Made by a program: the position numbers and the translations under genes
Notes under the pieces: generated by a model
What the model saw: the letters and a program-made list of their open reading frames with translations, nothing else
Databases searched by the model: none
What the model was told of the DNA's origin: nothing
From: Candidatus Latescibacterota bacterium
GTDB lineage: Bacteria; Latescibacterota; UBA2968
Direction: 5' to 3'
Length of the DNA stretch: 64,000 nt
Assembly (NCBI GenBank): GCA_965204745.1
Contig: OZ242010.1
Location: 2,432,001 to 2,496,000 of the forward strand
In this document: piece after piece, positions 17,055 to 25,211 of the stretch
Layout: the number at the start of each line of letters is the position of its first letter
Position numbering within the stretch: the first letter of the stretch is position 1

Positions 17055-18224
17055 TTAGAACCGCAGGGTGGCGATTGCCGATACGTTGCCATTGCGGTCA
17101 GGCGCGAGGCCGATTGAGAACCGACTATCTTTAGGCAACTTGCGTGACCTCTCGGACATAATCACAGACCCGACGAGCGGGCCGACGAACAGGGCGGGCC
17201 AAGTTTGGTCTTTCAATCTGACACTAAGAATCCCGATTCCCAATCCCATGAGGCTACCGAGCATTGATTTGACAGATTGATCGTACGGATCCACAATGCT
17301 CACCCCAAGTGCCATTCCTACCGTATAGGCAATACCCGCGCCAACAACTACTCCTTCAATACATCCGAGATATTTATCACTACACTTACTCCCAATATTA
17401 TTTTGTAATCCACCGCCTACAGCACCTCCCAACCAAAAGAAAGAACCGCCCACAAGAGGTCCGAGAAGCAATTTTTTGGCAATGCGGACTGGAGGGCGAT
17501 CTTCATCTCTTTTCTTGTTTCTTAGGGCGATGCGCTTGGCGTGCTGAAGCTGGCTTGGATGTTCGCAGACGATCAAAACGTCAATCCCATTCAATGGGAT
17601 TTTCTTCTGCCAAATACCCCGGCGAATCGTCAGTTCGGTTTCATCCCTCGCTTGGACGAATCCTTCCACTGTTTCAATTTTGCCATTGTCTTTGCGATAG
17701 GTCACGCCGACGTAGCGGCCCTTGGCAACGACCACTTGTCGGGCGCGTTCACCGATAAACCGCTCGACCCCTGCAATCACCTCTTCGGGCGCGTTGTTCT
17801 CTGTCTGTGCGAGCGCAGGGGCCCTCGCCTCGCTGGCCTCTTCTTTGGCCTGTTCTCTCTCTCTCGCTTTCATATTCCGAATAAACCGATTTACCTCATT
17901 CATCTGCTTCGCGGGCACGCTGGAGGCTTCGCTCATGATCACGGACAGGACTTTGGCATAGGCGATAGTCGTCTTGCTCTTGAGTCCGCCGCTGCGAATG
18001 GTGAACGATGTCTCGCCTATCGCATCGATCCAGCCCCTCGCCGTTCTTTCTCGGCCATTGCCATCGCGATAGGTGACGGCGATGTACGCATCTCGAACTA
18101 GCGCGTTGGCATTGACCTGCTCGCCTTGCAGGTGCTTGGCGGCATGTGCGAGCATGGGGGCCATCGCATTGAGCACGAGGGTTGCAGTGACAAAGATAGC
18201 GATAGATTTGCCGATGGTGTGCAT
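17055..18224 (-). CDS. Chimeric array protein (module A fused to a type-B gene body, type-2 C-terminus)
   Basis: Internal APALAQTENNAP is the signal-peptide tail and mature start of type-B genes. Confidence 0.85.
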   Translation of the reverse strand: MHTIGKSIAIFVTATLVLNAMAPMLAHAAKHLQGEQVNANALVRDAYIAVTYRDGNGRERTARGWIDAIGETSFTIRSGGLKSKTTIAYAKVLSVIMSEASSVPAKQMNEVNRFIRNMKAREREQAKEEASEARAPALAQTENNAPEEVIAGVERFIGERARQVVVAKGRYVGVTYRKDNGKIETVEGFVQARDETELTIRRGIWQKKIPLNGIDVLIVCEHPSQLQHAKRIALRNKKRDEDRPPVRIAKKLLLGPLVGGSFFWLGGAVGGGLQNNIGSKCSDKYLGCIEGVVVGAGIAYTVGMALGVSIVDPYDQSVKSMLGSLMGLGIGILSVRLKDQTWPALFVGPLVGSVIMSERSRKLPKDSRFSIGLAPDRNGNVSAIATLRF

Positions 18225-18236
18225 GGGGTTCTCCTT

Positions 18237-18866
18237 TCAAAAATTGACTGTGAGCGCGGCGCGGAGCCCTTTGTCAAGCGTGGGCGCGATGCTCAGGTTG
18301 AGGCGTTGCGGCGATACCTCAACCCATTTCTCGGTTTTTGTTGCAACACCAATGAGAGTCGAGAGAACCACTATGGGAGGGGCAATGGCTACAGTATCTG
18401 TATTCAGCAGAGGACTGAGATAAGGGGCACTAAAAAAAAGAGTAATTCCAAGCCCAAGTCCAACTGACAAGCCTTTGCCCGTGTTTCTACGTTGCCCCAT
18501 GCTGACTTCCGTATTGGTGATTGCAGACAAAGGCACGCGATAAAGTGTACGTCCTTTTTCAACAGGTGTTCGGCGTCCGGGCATGAAAATCCACCCTGTG
18601 CCTTCGATAACGAGTGTGTCTTGTGTCATGCTGACGATTCGACCAATAATCCGTTTTTTTGAGATTGCATGAACATGAACGCGCACTCTGGCATTGCGAA
18701 ATGGTCTGGCATCGCCTCTCACATCTTCTTCACCGATAAACCGCTCAACCCCTGCAATCACCTCTGAGGGCGCGTTGTTCTCTGTCTGCGCGAGTGCAGG
18801 GGCCATCGCGTTGAGCACGAGTGCCGCGGTGATGAAGATGGCGATGGATTTGGTGATGGTGTGCAT
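18237..18866 (-). CDS. Array protein (type-B start fused to module C, type-1 C-terminus)
   Basis: TENNAPSEVIAGVERFIGE followed by the NARVRVH module; closely coupled to its neighbours. Confidence 0.85.
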   Translation of the reverse strand: MHTITKSIAIFITAALVLNAMAPALAQTENNAPSEVIAGVERFIGEEDVRGDARPFRNARVRVHVHAISKKRIIGRIVSMTQDTLVIEGTGWIFMPGRRTPVEKGRTLYRVPLSAITNTEVSMGQRRNTGKGLSVGLGLGITLFFSAPYLSPLLNTDTVAIAPPIVVLSTLIGVATKTEKWVEVSPQRLNLSIAPTLDKGLRAALTVNF

Positions 18867-18877
18867 GGGGTCTCCTT

Positions 18878-19534
18878 TCAAAAATTGACCGTGAGCGCGG
18901 CGCGGAGCCCTTTGTCAGGCGTGGGCGCGATACTCAAGTTGAGGCGTTGCGGCGGCACTTCAACCCATTTCTCGGATTTTGTTGCAACACCAATGAGAGT
19001 CGAGAGAAGACATAGAGATACAGCTCCACCCACGCCGATAACGAAGAACGCCGCTCCTCGTCCCAGTCCTAGATCTCCACTATCTGGAGTTTTCACTGTA
19101 GTGCTCACTACAAGCAAAAAAGTCAATCCAAGCCCAAGTCCAAAGCCAAAGCCTTTGCCCGCGTTTCTCCGCCGTCCCATGCTGACTTCAAGGTTGGTGA
19201 TTGAAGACATGGGCACTTGATACAATGTCTGTCCATCTTGGGTCATGACTGTGTTGGCAGTGATTTCGCGTAGTTGGGGCCAAGGCATCCGCGCCAGTTT
19301 AAGAACGAGCGTGTCTCGATTCATTTTTACGACCTCGCCAATGATTCGCCTTTTTGAGATGACCGGGGCATGAACACGCACTTTGGCGTTGGGTGTCTTG
19401 ATTCGTTGTATGGGAGTCTGGTTGACCTTTGTACTTTGCGAGTCTGCGGTAGCCTGCGCGAGCGCAGGGGCCATCGCATTGATCACGAGGGTTGCAGTGA
19501 CAAAGATGGCGATAGATTTGGTGATGGTGTACAT
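18878..19534 (-). CDS. Array protein (module C only, type-1 C-terminus)
   Basis: MYTITKSIAIF start, NAKVRVHAP module, ends LRAALTVNF. Confidence 0.85.
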   Translation of the reverse strand: MYTITKSIAIFVTATLVINAMAPALAQATADSQSTKVNQTPIQRIKTPNAKVRVHAPVISKRRIIGEVVKMNRDTLVLKLARMPWPQLREITANTVMTQDGQTLYQVPMSSITNLEVSMGRRRNAGKGFGFGLGLGLTFLLVVSTTVKTPDSGDLGLGRGAAFFVIGVGGAVSLCLLSTLIGVATKSEKWVEVPPQRLNLSIAPTPDKGLRAALTVNF

Positions 19535-19568
19535 GGGGGTTCTCCTTTCTGTGAGGTTTGAGAGCCGG

Positions 19569-20414
19569 TTAGAACCACAACGTGGCGATTGCCGATACGT
19601 TGCCATTGCGGTCTGGCGCGAGGCCGATTGAGAACCGGCGTGACCGAAAGGGATTTGATCGCTCGGACATGATGATCGATCCGATGGTAGCCCCAAAGGG
19701 CGAGACAACAATAAAGGCTGCCCCAACATTTCTACTGGTGACACTTCCGATTAACACGCCTGCCCCCGCGCCCAAAAGGCTACCTACCAGCGTATTGAGA
19801 AACCGATCATCAGGATCAACTATGCTCATGCCGAGAGGACATCCGATGATGTAGCCAGCCGAAGCACCTGTCAGGAACACAGCTATTTTCCCCCATCCGC
19901 AAAACGTCTCACCACTTTCACACTTGTCCAGAGGAAGCACCGCGCCCGTCCCGGCCAAAAAACCCAAACTGATACCTGCCAAAATACCAGCGGTCAATTT
20001 GCCGCCCACTCCCGTATCCCTGTTGAACAACCCTCTTTGACGACTCTCCTTGCCCAGGATGTATCGGGCGCGCTGAAGTTGGCTTGGATGCTCGCAGACG
20101 ATCAAAACGTCAATCCCATTCAATGGGATTTTCTTCTGCCAAATACCCCGGCGAATCGTCAGTTCGGTTTCATCCCTCGCTTGGACGAATCCTTCCACTG
20201 TTTCAATTTTGCCATTGTCTTTGCGATAGGTCACGCCGACGTAGCGGCCCTTGGCAACGACCACTCGCCGGGCGCGTTCACCGATAAACCGCTCAACCCC
20301 TGCAATCACCTCTGCGGGCGCGTTGTTCTCTGTCTGCGCGAGCGCGGGGGCCATCGCGTTGAGCACGAGGGTTACGGTGACAAAGATGGCGATAGATTTG
20401 GTGATGGTGTACAT
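19569..20414 (-). CDS. Array protein (module B + glycine zippers, type-2 C-terminus …IATLWF)
   Basis: First gene of the array; conserved leader and RBS. Confidence 0.85.
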   Translation of the reverse strand: MYTITKSIAIFVTVTLVLNAMAPALAQTENNAPAEVIAGVERFIGERARRVVVAKGRYVGVTYRKDNGKIETVEGFVQARDETELTIRRGIWQKKIPLNGIDVLIVCEHPSQLQRARYILGKESRQRGLFNRDTGVGGKLTAGILAGISLGFLAGTGAVLPLDKCESGETFCGWGKIAVFLTGASAGYIIGCPLGMSIVDPDDRFLNTLVGSLLGAGAGVLIGSVTSRNVGAAFIVVSPFGATIGSIIMSERSNPFRSRRFSIGLAPDRNGNVSAIATLWF

Positions 20415-20659
20415 GGGGGTTCTCCTTTCTGTGAGATTTATGTGCCGGTTAGAACCGCAGGGTGGCAATCGCTTTTGAGGGCGCGTTTTTGTGGATATTT
20501 CCATCGCCATTTCCATTGGCAGAGTTGCGTTCCAACAGAAATGGCGATGGATTGAGAGACGACTGAGTACGCGGCGTCTCATCTCCGGAAACAGCGGCAA
20601 CACTCACAACGAGCAGGGTAAAAGTTGCGGATAATATTTTCCTGGAAGCCTCCCTCGTT

Positions 20660-21649
20660 TCAGGCCACTGGCTCTTGCATTTCCGTACGTTTGGTGCGCG
20701 AGCCGAGCAAGAGCATCACCAAGCCTATTTGCATCCAGAAAAGCCTGCGTATCCTGCGGATGATGCCCACGGCCAGGCCCATGCTCGGTTGCAAGCCCAT
20801 CAAAGCGAATAGGAACACATGCCCGCCTTCAAAAACGCCCATCCCGTAGGGCACGAAGAAGAACGCGGTGTTGATCGCGATCAGCAATGCGTGGAACAAA
20901 TACGCGGACGCGAGCGGGATCGGTTCGCCGAGCACATGGAGAATCGCGTAGATCTCCAGCGTGCCCAGGCCCCAGCCCAAGAGATGCAAGCCCAGCAGGC
21001 CGGACAACCGCCACTTGTTCAGGCGGTAAAACGCGGCCAAATTGCGGTCGATTTCCTCTGCGCGGGGCCGGTATCGCTCCAAAAATCCGAGTCGTAAGCG
21101 CGACAACACATCGAGCAGGCCGGCAAAGGGATTTCGCCTTTGCTTCACAACCGTGAAACCGGCCCACAGCACAGAGACCGCCAAAATGGCGATCAACCCC
21201 GTGCGAACCTCTGGCGGAAATGCAAATCGCTGCAACCCGGTCGCCACGCCCCCGAGCACGAAGATCAACCCGCCGATCATTTCCCCGGTCTTGTTGATCA
21301 CCAATGACGACACCCCTTGGGACGCGCGCATTTTCTTTCGCAGCATAACCGCTTTGGCAATTTCTTTGCTAACCTGCGACGCGGGCGTGGCATTGCCCAG
21401 GGCCTCGCCGACCAGTTTTACCCACAGCAGTTGCCGCAATCGCGGCCTTTCCGCGCTACACGCAAAACACTTTTGCCACACATAGACATGATTGACATAG
21501 CCCATCAGGGAGATGCCGATCACCGGAAGATAGCCCCAGCCCATCATCAAGACGTGTTGCCACACCTCGATGGTGCTGAGTTGGTGCAAGAGCACGCCCA
21601 GGCAAATCAGGCCGAGCAGCCAGAGCAAGACATAGGTTTCTCGTTTCAT
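20660..21649 (-). CDS. Lysylphosphatidylglycerol synthase TM-domain / flippase-like membrane protein
   Basis: Multi-TM; GEALGNATP, FFVPYGMGVFEGG, IIRRIRRLFW motifs. Confidence 0.8.
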   Translation of the reverse strand: MKRETYVLLWLLGLICLGVLLHQLSTIEVWQHVLMMGWGYLPVIGISLMGYVNHVYVWQKCFACSAERPRLRQLLWVKLVGEALGNATPASQVSKEIAKAVMLRKKMRASQGVSSLVINKTGEMIGGLIFVLGGVATGLQRFAFPPEVRTGLIAILAVSVLWAGFTVVKQRRNPFAGLLDVLSRLRLGFLERYRPRAEEIDRNLAAFYRLNKWRLSGLLGLHLLGWGLGTLEIYAILHVLGEPIPLASAYLFHALLIAINTAFFFVPYGMGVFEGGHVFLFALMGLQPSMGLAVGIIRRIRRLFWMQIGLVMLLLGSRTKRTEMQEPVA

Positions 21650-21801
21650 GGTGTTCTCCTTAAAATTGCCCCGCGCAACCCCTCAACCCCTCGTCCGCCC
21701 GTGCGTGCCCGTCCCGTCCACCTCTCCGCCCGTGCGTTCCCCACCCTTCCGCTCGTCCGCTTGTGCGTTCTCTATCTCGCTCTGCCCTGCCATTGATTCG
21801 G

Positions 21802-22437
21802 CTATTCTTGGTATGACAACCTCTTAACCGCTGTGATCACTGGAATGCCTCGGATGACGCACAGGGCGACGGTCAGGTACGTGGCGGTTAGGGCGATGAA
21901 CTCAATCGGGAACGCGGCGCTTTGTTGCGCTTGTGCGGCGTTGAGGATGAACAGCGCCTCAAACGCGATCACCTTGGCAATGCCGTACGCAGCGCGACTC
22001 GCACGGGAGGCGACCAACGCATGGCCGATCCGCGACTGCATCATCGACGCCTCGCCAAAGGCGGTGAGACCGCGGGACAGGGCATAGCTGCGGATCGCAT
22101 CGGTGACAAAACCCCGGCTGAGCACCACGAGCGGCACCCAAAGTGGAATCAGATGCAACCACGCAAACACCACCCACCACACGTTTTCCGCGATGCGGTC
22201 GCCCACGATGTCCAACAAGCCCCCGATCTCGCTCTCGCACCCCAGTCGCCGCGCCGCGTACCCGTCCAACCAATCCATCACCAGAGCGGCAAGGGCAATG
22301 GGCACGGCAACCCACGCGAGCAGCGCGTTCCCGGTCACGGCAAACGCCGCAGCGAGAAACAGACACACCACGCGCCCGGCGGTAATCAAATTGGCAACGT
22401 GGCGTTGCAGTGCGAATGTCCAGGTGAGTGTTGACAT
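21802..22437 (-). CDS. CDP-alcohol phosphatidyltransferase family protein
   Basis: ANLITAGR and DWLDGYAARR...GGLLDIVGDR signature; GAGGAGG RBS. Confidence 0.9.
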   Translation of the reverse strand: MSTLTWTFALQRHVANLITAGRVVCLFLAAAFAVTGNALLAWVAVPIALAALVMDWLDGYAARRLGCESEIGGLLDIVGDRIAENVWWVVFAWLHLIPLWVPLVVLSRGFVTDAIRSYALSRGLTAFGEASMMQSRIGHALVASRASRAAYGIAKVIAFEALFILNAAQAQQSAAFPIEFIALTATYLTVALCVIRGIPVITAVKRLSYQE

Positions 22438-22492
22438 GTCGAGCCTCCTCATAAAAAGCTGAGAACCATTTCCATCTCACAACGCGGTAAGC

Positions 22493-22507
22493 GCAAACCC
22501 CGTGCCA
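22493..22507 (-). promoter_or_regulatory. sigma-54 (-24/-12) promoter
   Basis: Minus strand reads TGGCAC-GGGGT-TTGC, an exact consensus spacing, 55 bp upstream of the ATG at 22437. Confidence 0.8.
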
Positions 22508-22569
22508 AAGCCGTTTCGCCCGAAAACCGAGGATTTCCATCGTTTTTCACGCAAAAACCACCCGACTGC

Positions 22570-22607
22570 TGCAACCCCAATATTGCACCTGCAACCCAAT
22601 TCTTGCA
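22570..22607. promoter_or_regulatory. Tandem palindromic enhancer sites (putative bEBP binding)
   Basis: TGCAA-N8-TTGCA twice (22570-22587 and 22590-22607) at a 20-bp period, upstream of the sigma-54 promoter. Confidence 0.65.
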
Positions 22608-22699
22608 TGCACGCACAAAAAAAGACCCCATCTGAAATCGCTTGTGCGATCTCGGATGGGGCGATGTTTTGATGACTCGATAGCGAAATGTAGCCGCGC

Positions 22700-23713
22700 T
22701 TATCCTTTGATGTATGTCAACATACCGATAATGATCACTGCGACCGCAACGATCAATGACAGCCATTTGATGGTTCGCTCCTGCGCGTGGTGGATATCAT
22801 TCTTCAAATTCGTCTCCACACGCATAACCTGGGCACCCACGCGGTTGATGTCCTCTTTCGCGGTCTTTTCCGCACGCATAATACGGGCATCCATGCGGTT
22901 GATGTCCTCTTTCGCGGTCTTTTCCGCACGGATAACCTGGGCACCCACGCGGTTGATGTCCTCTTTCGCGGTCCTTTCCGCATGCATAACCTGGGCACCC
23001 ACGCGGTTGATGTCCTCTTTCAAGTCAGTCTCCACGCGGTTGATGTCCTCCTTCAAGGTCTTTTCCGCATGGACAACATGGGCATCCACGCGGTTGATCT
23101 CTTTCTTCAAGCCAGTTTCCACGCGGTTGATGTCCTCCTTCAAGGTCTTTTCCGCATGGACAACATGGGCATCCACGCGGTTGATGTCCTCTTTCAAGGT
23201 CTTTTCCACATGGATAACATGAGCCTCCACGCGGTTGATCTCTTTCTTCAAGCCAGTCTCCACATGGCTGATTTCTTCCTTCAAGCCAGTTTCCACGCGG
23301 ACAATCTCCTCCTTCAAGCCAGTTTCCACGCGGTTGATCTCCTCCTTCAGGTCAGTCTCCACGCGGTTGATTTCTTCCTTCAAGCCAGTTTCCACGCGGT
23401 TGATCTCCTCCTTCAGGTCAGTCTCCACGCGGACAATCTCCTCCTTCAAGCCAGTTTCCACGCGGACAATCTCCTCCTTCACGTTCGTCTCCACGCGGTT
23501 AATATTGTGCTCCATGCGCGTAAAGCCCGCGTTCATCAGGTTCATCACTTGCTCGAAGCGATCAATCGTTTGCTCCTCTACGCGGCGAATGTCTTTCGCG
23601 TTCTGCGCGACTTGATCGCCGACGACCGCCCCGTTCTTTTCGATAGCGATGAGCCGCTGATCCTGCTCTGCGAATTTCTGATCGTGTTGCGCGATCTTCT
23701 CTGCATCTGTCAT
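22700..23713 (-). CDS. Membrane-anchored coiled-coil repeat protein (11- and 18-aa repeats; Bdr/DUF1640-like architecture)
   Basis: Repeats LKEEINRVETG and AKEDINRVGAQVMRAEKT; C-terminal IKWLSLIVAVAVIIIGMLTY TM helix. Confidence 0.8.
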   Translation of the reverse strand: MTDAEKIAQHDQKFAEQDQRLIAIEKNGAVVGDQVAQNAKDIRRVEEQTIDRFEQVMNLMNAGFTRMEHNINRVETNVKEEIVRVETGLKEEIVRVETDLKEEINRVETGLKEEINRVETDLKEEINRVETGLKEEIVRVETGLKEEISHVETGLKKEINRVEAHVIHVEKTLKEDINRVDAHVVHAEKTLKEDINRVETGLKKEINRVDAHVVHAEKTLKEDINRVETDLKEDINRVGAQVMHAERTAKEDINRVGAQVIRAEKTAKEDINRMDARIMRAEKTAKEDINRVGAQVMRVETNLKNDIHHAQERTIKWLSLIVAVAVIIIGMLTYIKG

Positions 23714-23813
23714 GACATATCTCCTTGTGAGATGGTGGGGTGAACTGCGAATGTCTCGACAAGTTTACCCAAACAATGCCCGAAAAGCAAGGTCAAATTT
23801 CGCTTGTTTCAGG

Positions 23814-25211
23814 TCAACGATAAATCCCGGGATCGATTCCCAACTCCTTTAATTTCTGTTGCAATGCTTGGCGTTTCATGCCGATGGCAGGGGCCGTGCG
23901 GCTGATGTTGCCGTTGTGGTGTTCTAGCGCGGCGCGGATGAACGCGGTTTCAAAGGAGTGAACACGCGCTTGTTTTGCGTCTCGAAACGAGAGGCCATCC
24001 CGCCAGATCGGGTCCGTTGTGGCTGCGGATTGCTCGGGAGGTGTCCGCATATCATCGGGCAACAAGTTTTTGTGCAATACCCCGCTGTCCGACAGAATCG
24101 CGGCGCGTTCAATCGCGTGCATCAACTCGCGGATGTTGCCGGGCCAAGGGTGCGTTATGAGTAGCTTCATCGCGTCTGCGGGGATGTCCGTGAGGGTCTT
24201 GACGTGCTGTTGGTTGAAGCGCGCGAGAAAATGTTGGATGAGCAGGGGAATGTCCTCGCGCCTGTCCCGCAAGGGCGGCAGAAAAATATCGACCACTTTT
24301 AATCGGTAGTAGAGATCCTCGCGGAACCGTCCATGCGCGATTTCAGCGGGCAGGTCTTTGTTCGTGGCGCTGATCACGCGCACATCCACGCTCACGGTTT
24401 GCGAACCGCCCAGGCGTTCAAAGCGTTGCTCTTGCAACACGCGCAACAACTTGGCCTGCGTTTCGAGGTGCATATCGCCGATCTCGTCCAAAAACAGCGT
24501 GCCCCCGTCCGCGAGTTCAAACTTGCCCTGACGCCGTGCGGTGGCGCCGGTGAACGCGCCCCTTTCGTGGCCGAACATTTCGCTCTCGATCAACTCGGTC
24601 GGCAGTGCCGCGGCATTGACCGCGACAAAGGGCCGCGCGGTTCGCCCGCTCTGTTCGTGGATGGCCCGCGCGACGAGTTCCTTGCCCGTGCCGCTCTCGC
24701 CGGTGATGAGCACGGTCGCATCGGTGCCGGCCACCTTGTCGATCAGATCGCAGACTTTTTGCATGGCCCGACTGCGGCCAATCAGCAGGCCGAATCCGGA
24801 TCGTTGCCAAATCTCGTTGCGGAGGGCACGGTTTTCCCGGCGCAGGCGCACGGTCTCGAGGACGTTTTCCACCGAGCAACGCAGTTCATCTATGTCGTAG
24901 GGCTTGCTCAAATAATCGTACGCGCCGGCCTTCATCGCCTCGACGGCGATCCGCTCGGACCCGTACGCGGTGATCACGATCACTGGCCGCCTGTCCCCTC
25001 GTTCAGTCAGATGCTTGACCAGGGTCAACCCGTCCATTTTCGGCATTTGAATATCGCAGATGAGCAAGTCGGGATCGTCGGTTGCAATGACCGCGCACGC
25101 GGCCTCGCCATCTTCGGCTTCGACGATGTCACATGATAGCGCGTCGAGGGCGCGTTTGAGCCCGTATCGCGCGGCGGGGTCGTCATCTACGATCAAAATT
25201 TTGTGTTGCAT
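23814..25211 (-). CDS. Sigma-54-dependent response regulator (NtrC family)
   Basis: REC domain [37 protein letters not shown], Fis-type HTH; ATG overlaps the kinase stop (TGATG). Confidence 0.95.
   Translation of the reverse strand: MQHKILIVDDDPAARYGLKRALDALSCDIVEAEDGEAACAVIATDDPDLLICDIQMPKMDGLTLVKHLTERGDRRPVIVITAYGSERIAVEAMKAGAYDYLSKPYDIDELRCSVENVLETVRLRRENRALRNEIWQRSGFGLLIGRSRAMQKVCDLIDKVAGTDATVLITGESGTGKELVARAIHEQSGRTARPFVAVNAAALPTELIESEMFGHERGAFTGATARRQGKFELADGGTLFLDEIGDMHLETQAKLLRVLQEQRFERLGGSQTVSVDVRVISATNKDLPAEIAHGRFREDLYYRLKVVDIFLPPLRDRREDIPLLIQHFLARFNQQHVKTLTDIPADAMKLLITHPWPGNIRELMHAIERAAILSDSGVLHKNLLPDDMRTPPEQSAATTDPIWRDGLSFRDAKQARVHSFETAFIRAALEHHNGNISRTAPAIGMKRQALQQKLKELGIDPGIYR

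Noticed and set aside
10228-20414. Diversity-generating retroelement as the source of array variation
   Set aside because: No reverse transcriptase in the window, and the differences are block swaps and indels rather than adenine-specific substitutions.
10069-20472. Integron cassette array (GTTAGAA/TTCTAAC at gene ends)
   Set aside because: The motif does not fit RYYYAAC...GTTRRRY, there is no attC-like hairpin in the ~33-bp spacers, there is no integrase, and the cassettes are paralogous.
20518-20535. sigma-54 promoter for the array (TGGAACGCAACTCTGC on the minus strand)
   Set aside because: GG-to-GC spacing is 11 nt instead of the required 10.
22644-23743. Long plus-strand ORFs opposite the coiled-coil gene
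   Set aside because: Antisense shadows of the repeat-rich CDS.
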